Origin: Deltaproteobacteria bacterium
GTDB taxonomy: Bacteria > Desulfobacterota > Syntrophia > Syntrophales > UBA2210
Assembly (NCBI GenBank): GCA_026388515.1
Contig: JAPLJO010000032.1
Location: 1-62,009, forward strand
DNA length: 62,009 nt
Direction: 5' to 3'
Shown: positions 1 to 7,751 of the stretch, piece after piece
Numbering within the stretch: the stretch's first letter is position 1
Layout: each line of letters starts with the position of its first letter
Notes under the pieces: generated by a model
What the model was told of the DNA's origin: nothing
Database searches by the model: none
The model's input: the letters and a program-made list of their open reading frames with translations, nothing else
Translations under genes and position numbers: made by a program

Positions 1-33
1 AATGCCCTCTGAAACCTGGTAAAAAAACACGTT

Positions 34-94
34 GGGTAACCCATGTCGTGACACTTTTTACTGTTAAACGCGGGTAACCTATGTGATGACACTT
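34..94 (+). repeat. Two 23-nt direct repeats (34-56 and 72-94, 38-nt period) upstream of the PilZ ORF
   Basis: Read directly: gggtaacccatgtcgtgacactt and gggtaacctatgtgatgacactt are 20/23 identical. Each starts with the near-palindrome GGTAACC. Confidence 0.6.
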
Positions 95-161
95 GGCAGA
101 TATGGAATAAGAATGGGTTTATTAATACCCAAATCGATTCAGGAATCAAAGAAGAAATTAC

Positions 162-530
162 ATGCAATCATTAAAAGGATTAATGCAAAAAAGACGTCCT
201 CATCGCAGAAATGTCAAGCTTCGGGGGTGTTTCCTGTTGAGGGATGAGAAGAGACTTGATAACGATAAAGGCGATGATGCACATGACATTAAGGTAGAGA
301 ATATTTCACAATATGGTATTAGATTCAGATTGCTAAAGCCATTAGAAGTAAAAGTGAATGATACGCTTCAAGTGAAATTTGTATTTGAGAACGAGCGAAG
401 GAGTACGGTCGTTGAAAAGGATATCGTTGTTAAATGGACACAAGGAGATTTTGTGGGTGCTCACTTTGTTCGTCCTATAGATGATTATGAGTCAGAACTC
501 GCTTTCTATTTGTCAGGGGCACGGTTATAA
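162..530 (+). CDS. PilZ-domain protein (putative c-di-GMP receptor), 122 aa
   Basis: ORF track. RRPHR (RxxxR) is followed about 30 aa later by ENISQYG (D/NxSxxG); these are the two PilZ signature motifs. No convincing SD upstream. Confidence 0.7.
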   Translation: MQSLKGLMQKRRPHRRNVKLRGCFLLRDEKRLDNDKGDDAHDIKVENISQYGIRFRLLKPLEVKVNDTLQVKFVFENERRSTVVEKDIVVKWTQGDFVGAHFVRPIDDYESELAFYLSGARL

Positions 531-565
531 ATATATGACCTGTTTACGAAAGAATAATAGGAAAT

Positions 566-627
566 TCGGCGAGTGTTGAGTTTGTTCGTCCCATAATTAT
601 GAGTCACAAATCGCTTTATTATTTGTT
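566..627 (+). pseudogene. Degenerate duplicate of the 3' end of the PilZ ORF
   Basis: 580-627 (gtttgttcgtcccataattatgagtcacaaatcgctttattatttgt) aligns with 464-513 of the intact ORF. The alignment has one 4-nt gap, one 1-nt gap and a few substitutions. Confidence 0.55.
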
Positions 628-640
628 TCTTCCCCAACCC

Positions 641-739
641 TTGACCACACACATCTCACGTAATAAAAAAGGGTCAGCCTTACTCAGCCAACCTTTTATT
701 TTATTCATACAGCCTCTGCCACTTATCTTTCATTGACAA
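641..739 (+). repeat. Intergenic repeat copy 1 (68-nt core 641-708 plus shared tail ending tcattgacaa)
   Basis: The core ttgaccacacac...aaaaaagggtcagcc..cagccaacctttt..ttattcat is shared with copies at 1669 and 2878. The hairpin arms are degraded in this copy, with no compensatory changes. Confidence 0.8.
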
Positions 740-795
740 CTTGAATAAAAAGTGGTTCATAGAAACAGTAGTTGTAGAGGGTTCTACAATTAATA

Positions 796-845
796 AGGAG
801 GGAGTTATGGGTCGTTTCTCGTAATGAGAAACGAGGTCTTTGTAT
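796..845 (+). promoter_or_regulatory. Leader with 5-codon mini-ORF (807-824, MGRFS*) embedded in a perfect 8-bp hairpin (813-833)
   Basis: aaggaggga SD, then atg ggt cgt ttc tcg taa. cgtttctc/gagaaacg form the stem with a gtaat loop, followed by a T-rich stretch. It lies about 40 nt upstream of the YD-lipoprotein start. Confidence 0.3.
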
Positions 846-875
846 TTACAAAATTGAAAAAGGAGACGTAACTGT

Positions 876-1652
876 ATGGATACATCAAAGAGAAAGAAAT
901 ATTTCTTATACTGTCTTATCATTATTACCTCTCTTGTTTTAACAGTCTTTGTTGGATGTGGCGGCGGGGGTGATGGGGATGATAATAGTGTAAGCGAATG
1001 GAGATTAATCGAGCAGGTAAATGATAATGACTATGATGGTACCGTCGACGGCTCTGGGACATATATATATGATGACGCAACCGGCAATAGGATACGGTGC
1101 GATTGGGATAACGGCAATGACGGTTCAATAGATTCTGTTGGTTACTACACGTATGATGCAAGCGGCAACATGACTAAAGAAGAGTGGGACAATGACAACA
1201 ATGGTTCAAAAGATGACGCGTGGCTTTACACGTATGATGCAAGCGGCAACAAGATTAAAGAAGAACGAGACGGCGGTAATGACGGTACGATAAACGCTGT
1301 CAACTACTATACCTATGATGCAAATGGTAATAATATTAAGATGGAATCTGACTACAACAATGACGGAACAATAGAAAACGTTTCCTATTACGAATACAAC
1401 TCAAGCGGGAAAATGACTAAACAGGAAAACGACACGGGGAATGATGGCACCATAGACTACTATGTCAACGTCACCTTTGATGCGGCTGGAAACGCCGTGC
1501 AGTTGGATGGGGTGCAAGCCAGCGACGATACAGTTACCGATATCATATACTATGAATATGATGCGGCGGGGAATAAGATAAGTTATAAACATGACACTGA
1601 CAATGACGGGACAATTAATCGTGCGACCTACTATACGTGGGAAGAGATATAA
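876..1652 (+). CDS. Lipoprotein made of YD-type repeats alternating with DxDxDG-like Ca-binding loops, 258 aa
   Basis: Signal peptide with lipobox (LTVFVGC). About 8 units of N-D-G-T-I-D/N ... Y-Y-T-Y-D-A-S/N-G-N. SD aaaggag lies upstream. Confidence 0.7.
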   Translation: MDTSKRKKYFLYCLIIITSLVLTVFVGCGGGGDGDDNSVSEWRLIEQVNDNDYDGTVDGSGTYIYDDATGNRIRCDWDNGNDGSIDSVGYYTYDASGNMTKEEWDNDNNGSKDDAWLYTYDASGNKIKEERDGGNDGTINAVNYYTYDANGNNIKMESDYNNDGTIENVSYYEYNSSGKMTKQENDTGNDGTIDYYVNVTFDAAGNAVQLDGVQASDDTVTDIIYYEYDAAGNKISYKHDTDNDGTINRATYYTWEEI

Positions 1653-1668
1653 GAAATAAAGAGTATTC

Positions 1669-1765
1669 TTGACCACACACTTATCATAAACAAAAAAGGG
1701 TCAGCTTCATTCAGCTAACCCTTTCATTTTATTCATCACGCCTTTGCCGATTCAATCATTGACAA
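1669..1765 (+). repeat. Intergenic repeat copy 2 (core 1669-1736; hairpin 1694-1724 plus T-run; tail ending tcattgacaa)
   Basis: 60/68 identical to copy 3 by direct count. aaaagggtcagct/agctaaccctttc form the stem, followed by attttatt. It could also act as a terminator for the upstream gene. Confidence 0.85.
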
Positions 1766-1812
1766 TATGCTTTGAAATATGGTTCTCTGAAGCTGATTAA
1801 AGGGGGTCTATT

Positions 1813-2742
1813 ATGTCAGAGGGATGGCAATTAATAGTATCTACCTTAAGAATATTTCAAAGATACCCATTGTTTATAATTCCTATTCTTATTGTCTGGC
1901 TTATCTATGCTGCGATAATTATGTATCTAAAATATTTTTTCCCATGGGATAATTTTGGTTCTGGAGCAGTCTTAGGTATAATTTTTCTTACACTGTTTGT
2001 TTTCTCTTTTATTATTCTGGCTTCTTGTTCCGTAGTGCTTGAGCTAATCCAGCAGCTTGAAACAGGGGGAAAATTGAGTTTAGGTGGTGCGTTTCAAGAA
2101 ACGCTAAGCAAAGATATAACTAAGGTCCTTACTCTTGCTTTTATTTGGGCGATACTTTGGTTTATCTTAACTATCATTGAAGCAATTCTTTCAAAAGAGA
2201 AGGAAGGAAATGAAGAATTTGACGCTGAAAATGTAGCGAAGACGCTGGCAGATTATAGAGAGTTCTCTTTTAGCAGAGCACTTATTGAGGCTTTTGAGAA
2301 AGGCATCAGAATGATTATATTTCTAATACTTCCTGCCGTTGCATGGGAGGATTTAAGTTTTACTGATGCAATAAAAAAGGGGTTGAGAGTTTTGCGAACA
2401 CATTTAGCAGAGTTTGCCAGTGGCTATGCCCTTACTTATGGAGCAGCTATTTTGGTATTTATTCCACCTATAATCATAGCTAAACTTGGTAGCGGCCAGG
2501 ATGGCCATCCTCCATTAATTAATTTTCCTGATTCGGTTTGGGTAGGTGTTATCATATATATAGGTGTTGCGTGGAGTTTTTGTATGTACCTTGAGCAAAT
2601 GTTTACTGCAAATCTATATCTTTGGCATTTAAAATGGGAAAGACAAGTTGAATTAGCTAAAAAACAGGGGCATTCGTTGCCAGACTTTAAGGAAATTAAG
2701 CAACCATCTCTTTTAGACAACATTCCTGATTTAGTAGCTTAA
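1813..2742 (+). CDS. Hypothetical multi-pass membrane protein, 309 aa
   Basis: ORF track. Several long hydrophobic segments; SD aaaggggg upstream. I recognise no family. Confidence 0.6.
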   Translation: MSEGWQLIVSTLRIFQRYPLFIIPILIVWLIYAAIIMYLKYFFPWDNFGSGAVLGIIFLTLFVFSFIILASCSVVLELIQQLETGGKLSLGGAFQETLSKDITKVLTLAFIWAILWFILTIIEAILSKEKEGNEEFDAENVAKTLADYREFSFSRALIEAFEKGIRMIIFLILPAVAWEDLSFTDAIKKGLRVLRTHLAEFASGYALTYGAAILVFIPPIIIAKLGSGQDGHPPLINFPDSVWVGVIIYIGVAWSFCMYLEQMFTANLYLWHLKWERQVELAKKQGHSLPDFKEIKQPSLLDNIPDLVA

Positions 2743-2874
2743 TATATGTATAAACTGTTTCATGAAAATGATGCGATATCTTAGTTAATGAAAAAAGTGG
2801 CTCCGATTCAATCTACCACGCAACTCGTTCAAAAAACTATCTCTATCATATTATTGTCCACCCCCTTGTCCAAA

Positions 2875-2945
2875 TCATTGACCAAACATTAATCAGAAAA
2901 TAAAAAGGGTCAGCTTCATTCAGCTAACCCTTTTGTTTTATTCAT
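2875..2945 (+). repeat. Intergenic repeat copy 3 (core 2878-2945; hairpin 2903-2934), bidirectional terminator abutting tRNA-Leu
   Basis: It starts with tcattgacca, which joins the tail motif of copies 1/2 to the core start. The last T is the complement of the tRNA terminal A. T-runs lie on both strands. Confidence 0.85.
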
Positions 2946-3031
2946 GGTGCCGAAGCCGGGACTTGAACCCGGACGGGTTGTGCCCACTACCCCCTCAAGA
3001 TAGCGTGTCTACCAAATTCCACCACTTCGGC
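2945..3031 (-). tRNA. tRNA-Leu(GAG), 87 nt with long variable arm and encoded CCA
   Basis: Reverse complement GCCGAAGTGGTGGAATTTGGTAGACACGCTATCTTGAGGGGGTAGTGGGCACAACCCGTCCGGGTTCAAGTCCCGGCTTCGGCACCA. Anticodon stem CTATC/GGTAG with loop TTGAGGG. The secG-tRNA-Leu(GAG) synteny matches E. coli secG-leuU. Confidence 0.9.
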
Positions 3032-3092
3032 ATTGCATTCACGATATTTTTTTCTTCCTTTGTTGTCAATAAAAAACAACTCTCAACTCTTG

Positions 3093-3461
3093 TTACTGGC
3101 CTGCCGGGGCCTGGGGTGCAGGTGCCTCAGCCGGAGGAACCGCCGGTACAGGTGCAGGAGCCGTTGGTGCCGGTGTCTGTGGTACTGTCTGTTCAATCGG
3201 CGGCGGTGCCGCTTGGTCCACCACGGAACTGCCCTTGTGGGAGGCGAAGTAGGAGAGCCATAATGAGGTGAGCATAAATATGATGGCGATGACCGTCGTC
3301 ATCTTGTTGAGAAACGTTCCCGGTCCTCCGCTGCCGAATACCGTCTGACTTGATCCCCCGAAGGCGGCCCCCATGTCGGCGCCTTTTCCCGTCTGCAGAA
3401 GCACCACGCAAATGAGAATAATACACATGATCACATGAACAATGGTTACTAAGACTATCAA
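3093..3461 (-). CDS. secG: Preprotein translocase subunit SecG with Pro/Ala-rich C-terminal tail
   Basis: LLQTGKGADMGAAFGGSSQTVFG motif. TTG start overlaps the tpiA stop (TTGA). Confidence 0.85.
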   Translation of the reverse strand: MIVLVTIVHVIMCIILICVVLLQTGKGADMGAAFGGSSQTVFGSGGPGTFLNKMTTVIAIIFMLTSLWLSYFASHKGSSVVDQAAPPPIEQTVPQTPAPTAPAPVPAVPPAEAPAPQAPAGQ

Positions 3462-4225
3462 TTCCCTTTCTCCTTGCTTGCGTTTTGTATGATGGCCGCG
3501 AATGAATCGAAATCGAGACTCGCGCCGCCCACGAGGGCGCCATCGATATCCGGCTCCGCCAGAAGCTTGCCCGTATTTCCGGGTTTCACACTTCCCCCGT
3601 ATATGAGGGGAATATCCGCAGCATCGTGTTCACCGCACGTATCCTTCAGTATAGTACGTATGAAACGGTGAACCTCCTCCGCCTGGATGGCCGTGGCATT
3701 CCTTCCGGTACCGATGGCCCATACCGGCTCATAGGCGATGGAGAGGAGCTTTATATCACCGGAGGAAATATTATTCAACGCCTCTTTTAACTGGCGTTCC
3801 ACCACCGGAAAGGTAAGGTTTTTTTCTCTTTCTTCCAGTGTTTCCCCCACGCAAAGTATAGGTGTGAGCCCGGCGCGAAGGGCCGCTGCAACCTTGCGGT
3901 TGATCCAGTCGCCGGTCTCTTTGAATATCGCGCGGCGCTCCGAGTGGCCAATGATGACGCAGTCGCAGCCGGCATCTACAAGCATGGCCGCGGCGATCTC
4001 TCCCGTGAAGGCGCCCTTTTCCTCCCAGTGGAGGTTCTGCGCCGCAAGATGGATGGCGGAGCCTTTGAGCACGTCACCCACGGCAGCAAGAGCCGTGAAG
4101 GCGGGGGCGATGATGACAGTTCCCTGCGGCTTTGGGAAGGCCGCCTTCAGCGAGCGTGCAAAGTCAGCACTCTCGGCGATGGTCTTGTGCATCTTCCAGT
4201 TTGCGGCGATGACCGGTTTTTTCAT
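3458..4225 (-). CDS. tpiA: Triosephosphate isomerase
   Basis: AANWKMHK, IIGHSERR and AYEPVWAIGTG motifs. Confidence 0.95.
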   Translation of the reverse strand: MKKPVIAANWKMHKTIAESADFARSLKAAFPKPQGTVIIAPAFTALAAVGDVLKGSAIHLAAQNLHWEEKGAFTGEIAAAMLVDAGCDCVIIGHSERRAIFKETGDWINRKVAAALRAGLTPILCVGETLEEREKNLTFPVVERQLKEALNNISSGDIKLLSIAYEPVWAIGTGRNATAIQAEEVHRFIRTILKDTCGEHDAADIPLIYGGSVKPGNTGKLLAEPDIDGALVGGASLDFDSFAAIIQNASKEKGN

Positions 4226-4295
4226 GATTTACGTTCCTGTCTTTTCATGATGATGCGTGCGGGGATATGCATCCTTTTATACATGCGGCGGCGGG

Positions 4296-5306
4296 CTACA
4301 GTTTGCCCGCTACCATTACCGCGAGATCTGCCAGCCGGCAGGCATAGCCCCACTCGTTGTCGTACCACGCTACCACTTTCACAAGGTTTCCCACTACGAG
4401 CGTGTCCAGGGAGCTGAATACGGACGAATACGTGGTGCCGCGGAAATCCGTGGAAACGAGGGGCTCATCGGTTACGTCAAGAATTCCCTTCATGGAGCCT
4501 TTGGCGTATTCCAGCATGGCGGTGCGGATTTCCTCCTTCGAGGCTTCCTTATTGAGGATGGCGGTGAAATCCACCACTGAGACGGTCGGGGTGGGAATGC
4601 GGAAGGCCATGCCGCCGAACTTGCCCTTCAGTTCGGGAATGACAAGTCCCACGGCCCGGGCGGCGCCGGTCTCCGAGGGCACGATGTTCTGTGCCGCGGC
4701 GCGGGCATCGCGCAGGTCCTTGGCGCCCACGTCCTGCAGTTTCTGCGTATTGGTGTAGGCGTGCACGGTGGTAAGGAGGCCCTTGTCGATGCCGAACTTG
4801 TCGTTGAGCACCTTTGCCACCGGGGCGAGGCCGTTGGTGGTGCAGGAGGCGTTGGAAATCACGTGGTGCTTCGCCGGGTCATAATTGTCGCCGTTCACGC
4901 CCAGGACGATGGTGATGTCTTCGTTTTTTGCGGGGGCGGAGATGATGACCTTCTTTGCGCCGCCGGAGGTAATGTGGCCGCGCGACTTGGTGGCGTCGGT
5001 GAAGAGACCCGTGGACTCGATCACGATGTCCACGCCCATGTCGCGCCACTTGATGGCGTTGAGGTCGCGCTCGGCGGTGACTTTGATGGTTTTCCCGTCC
5101 ACGACGATGTTGCCGTCCTTCGCCTCCACGGTGCCGGCAAAGGGGCCGTAGGTGGAATCGTACTTAAGGAGGTGCACGTTCGTCGCGGTATCGAAGAGGT
5201 CGTTGATGGCGGCGACTTCCACTTTGCCGGCAGCACGTTCTTTGATGGTGCGAAATACAAGGCGCCCGATGCGCCCGAATCCGTTGATGCCGATTTTCAC
5301 AGTCAT
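4296..5306 (-). CDS. gap: Glyceraldehyde-3-phosphate dehydrogenase
   Basis: [16 protein letters not shown]-terminus and SNASCTTN active site. The track ORF extends to 5447, but the conserved N-terminus starts at the ATG complement at 5304-5306. Confidence 0.95.
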   Translation of the reverse strand: MTVKIGINGFGRIGRLVFRTIKERAAGKVEVAAINDLFDTATNVHLLKYDSTYGPFAGTVEAKDGNIVVDGKTIKVTAERDLNAIKWRDMGVDIVIESTGLFTDATKSRGHITSGGAKKVIISAPAKNEDITIVLGVNGDNYDPAKHHVISNASCTTNGLAPVAKVLNDKFGIDKGLLTTVHAYTNTQKLQDVGAKDLRDARAAAQNIVPSETGAARAVGLVIPELKGKFGGMAFRIPTPTVSVVDFTAILNKEASKEEIRTAMLEYAKGSMKGILDVTDEPLVSTDFRGTTYSSVFSSLDTLVVGNLVKVVAWYDNEWGYACRLADLAVMVAGKL

Positions 5307-5508
5307 GGTAATGTCTCCTTCGTGTAAATTATATGGGTGCGTGCCGGGGCAGGTGTGGTGAGTGTGGCGGAAAAAATCATCTTCAGTCGTCGCATCTATG
5401 AACCCGATTCCGGGGGTACACAAGCACAAATATAAGGAATATGTCAATCCCTTTTTGGTGAAAAAATGCGGAGGTGTGCCTGCGGGAGAATGAGTGGGGA
5501 ATGAGTGC

Positions 5509-5537
5509 TTGACAGTGAATTGTATCGCTTATAGAGT
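5509..5537 (+). promoter_or_regulatory. Putative sigma70-type promoter
   Basis: TTGACA (5509-5514), 17-nt spacer, TAGAGT (5532-5537); 31 nt before the ATG at 5568. Confidence 0.4.
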
Positions 5538-5567
5538 GAGAACAAATTTCAGTGGTTACCGGGGAAT

Positions 5568-7085
5568 ATGGTATCGAAACATCGGATACGGTTCTGCCTG
5601 TGGATGGTCACTGCGGCGTTCGTGGTTCTTTCGGTACCCGGGACTGTGAAGGGGGTCGAGATGGACACGTCGGTAAGAAAACCCATGATTGCGGGTACAT
5701 GGTATCCGGGAGATCCCGCGATTCTCAAGCGTGATGTGGAATCGTTTCTGAAGAAGACCCCCGCCGTCGATGTGGGGGGCGCGATTGTGGCGATGGTATC
5801 GCCGCATGCGGGCATCGTCTATTCGGGGCAGGTGGCGGCCTTCGGCTACAGGCAGTTGAAGTTGGGGGATTTCGATGCCGTCGTTCTTGTCGGCCCGAGC
5901 CACCGGGTGAGGTTCAAAGGTGCATCCATATTCAGCGGCGACGGTTTTGAATCGCCGCTGGGCGTGATTTCAATCGACCGGAAGCTTGCAGAGGCGATTG
6001 TCGCCAACAGCGGGAATGCCGTTTCCTTTGCGCCCGATGATAAAACACCGGAAAATTCCCTTGAAATACAGGTACCCTTCCTGCAGGTGGCGCAGAAAGG
6101 CGTGCCCTTTGTGCCGGTGCTGATGGGCTCCCAAGATTACCACACCTGCGAGAACATTGCCGAGGCAATCGTGAAGTCAACCGGCAGCCGGAAGGTTCTC
6201 GTGGTCGCCAGTTCCGATTTTTCCCATTATCACGACTATCAGGCCGCTTCGAAGATGGACCGCCGGGCGCTCTCCCATATCGAAAACCTCGATGTGGAAG
6301 GGTTCATCAGTGATATCAGCGGCGGAAGCTGCGAGGCCTGCGGCGCGGGGCCCATTGTGGTTGCCATGCTGGTTGCCCAGAAGCGGGATGCCCACGGGGT
6401 GAAGGTCCTCAAGTATGCAAACTCCGGTGACATTACCGGCGATAAAAGCGGTGTCGTCGGGTATGCGTCGGTGGTTTTTTTCAAGGGTGAATCGGGACAG
6501 GCAAAATCAAAGGAGAAAAAGACCGTCGGCGTGGATATGGGGCTCAGCAATAAAGAAAAGGATACCCTCCTGAAGATTGCCAGAACCAGCATAGAAACAG
6601 GGCTTGCCGGCGAGGAAGCTCCCGATATCAAAGTGGATTCAGAAACTTTGAAGACGAAGATGGGTGCCTTTGTCACTTTGAAGAAACAGGGGCAGCTGCG
6701 CGGCTGTATAGGTTTTATCGAGGGGAGAAAGCCGCTTGCCGACACGGTGGGCGAAATGGCCCGGGCAGCCGCCTTTAATGATCCCCGCTTCAGTCCGGTG
6801 ACGGCGCCTGAAATGAAGGACATTACCATAGAGATATCGGCACTCACGCCGCTCCGACTGATTGCCGATGTCAATGAAATAGAAGTCGGGAAACACGGTA
6901 TTTATATCGTCAAAGGATACCGGTCGGGGCTACTGCTTCCCCAGGTTGCCACGGAATGGAACTGGGACCTCACCACCTTCCTCGAACAGACCTGCCACAA
7001 AGCCGGCCTTCCCACGGATGCCTGGAAGGACAAAGACACAAAAATATACATCTTCTCCGCCCATGTATTCGGCGAGGCAAAGTAA
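5568..7085 (+). CDS. Fusion of Memo-like (AmmeMemoRadiSam system protein B) and AMMECR1 (protein A) domains, 505 aa
   Basis: N-terminal half: PMIAGTWYPGDP ... SPHAGIVYSG ... SSDFSHYH (Memo family). From about 6538: GAFVTLKKQGQLRGCIGF ... SGLLLPQVA (AMMECR1). The first ~28 aa are hydrophobic and signal-like. Confidence 0.8.
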   Translation: MVSKHRIRFCLWMVTAAFVVLSVPGTVKGVEMDTSVRKPMIAGTWYPGDPAILKRDVESFLKKTPAVDVGGAIVAMVSPHAGIVYSGQVAAFGYRQLKLGDFDAVVLVGPSHRVRFKGASIFSGDGFESPLGVISIDRKLAEAIVANSGNAVSFAPDDKTPENSLEIQVPFLQVAQKGVPFVPVLMGSQDYHTCENIAEAIVKSTGSRKVLVVASSDFSHYHDYQAASKMDRRALSHIENLDVEGFISDISGGSCEACGAGPIVVAMLVAQKRDAHGVKVLKYANSGDITGDKSGVVGYASVVFFKGESGQAKSKEKKTVGVDMGLSNKEKDTLLKIARTSIETGLAGEEAPDIKVDSETLKTKMGAFVTLKKQGQLRGCIGFIEGRKPLADTVGEMARAAAFNDPRFSPVTAPEMKDITIEISALTPLRLIADVNEIEVGKHGIYIVKGYRSGLLLPQVATEWNWDLTTFLEQTCHKAGLPTDAWKDKDTKIYIFSAHVFGEAK

Positions 7086-7173
7086 GGCACTTGACATTCC
7101 CTGGAAGGCATTGTAAGGAGGCACCGCGCGTTGTCCCCCCGGGGTGCCCGGCATGCTTAGTATAAAAAAATTC

Positions 7174-7202
7174 TTGACAAATCCGGTTGGGATTAATAAA
7201 CT
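7174..7202 (+). promoter_or_regulatory. Putative promoter of the tRNA cluster
   Basis: TTGACA (7174-7179), 17-nt spacer, TAAACT. An A/T-rich tataaaaaaatt stretch sits immediately upstream (UP-like). Confidence 0.35.
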
Positions 7203-7273
7203 TCCCCCTTCGTTTACCGAGTCTTTTGTAACACACACGGTGTAACACAATCATAATGACAGGGAGTGCGTGC

Positions 7274-7349
7274 GCTGGCGTAGCTCAACAGGTAGAGCAG
7301 CTGATTTGTAATCAGCAGGTTGCGGGTTCGAGTCCCATCGCCAGCTCCA
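7274..7349 (+). tRNA. tRNA-Thr(TGT)
   Basis: GCTGGCG.../...CGCCAGC acceptor, anticodon loop TTTGTAA, GGTTCGAGTCC T-arm, CCA encoded. Confidence 0.9.
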
Positions 7350-7362
7350 TGGATAACGATAG

Positions 7363-7450
<88 letters not shown>

Positions 7451-7522
7451 TAACAACTAAAGGATGACGTTTTCGCAAAATGTCGGAAGTCGGACTTTTT
7501 CGAAGCCATCAAAGATACGAGT

Positions 7523-7598
7523 GCGGGAGTAGCTCAGTGGCTAGAGCGTCAGCCTTCCAAGCTGAGGGTCGCGGGTTCGAATCCCGTTTCCCGCTCCA
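7523..7598 (+). tRNA. tRNA-Gly(TCC)
   Basis: GCGGGAG/TTCCCGC acceptor, anticodon loop CTTCCAA, GGTTCGAATCC, CCA encoded. Confidence 0.9.
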
Positions 7599-7653
7599 TT
7601 ATTTTATACGTGCGAACACATATACAAGAGTGAAGGAGTCGACGTCCCGGCAG

Positions 7654-7729
7654 GCCCACGTAGCTCAGTCGGTAGAGCACATCCTTGGTAAGGATGAGGT
7701 CACCAGTTCAATCCTGGTCGTGGGCTCCA
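7654..7729 (+). tRNA. tRNA-Thr(GGT)
   Basis: GCCCACG/CGTGGGC acceptor, anticodon loop TTGGTAA, AGTTCAATCCT, CCA encoded. Confidence 0.9.
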
Positions 7730-7751
7730 TTTCAGTGGAGGCGGTTTAAGG

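Noticed and set aside
1-2945. Calling the three-unit array a bona fide integron with attC sites.
   Set aside because: The architecture (ORF followed by an imperfect hairpin repeat) is suggestive. However, I could not find the paired RYYYAAC/GTTRRRY cores flanking each hairpin. The stems are short and terminator-like, and no intI is in the window. It is kept only as a hypothesis in the findings.
2933-3543. + and - strand ORFs of 76-116 aa overlapping tRNA-Leu and secG.
   Set aside because: They overlap a well-folded tRNA and are antisense to, or out of frame with, secG. The Pro/Arg-rich translations come from the GC-rich PA-tail region.
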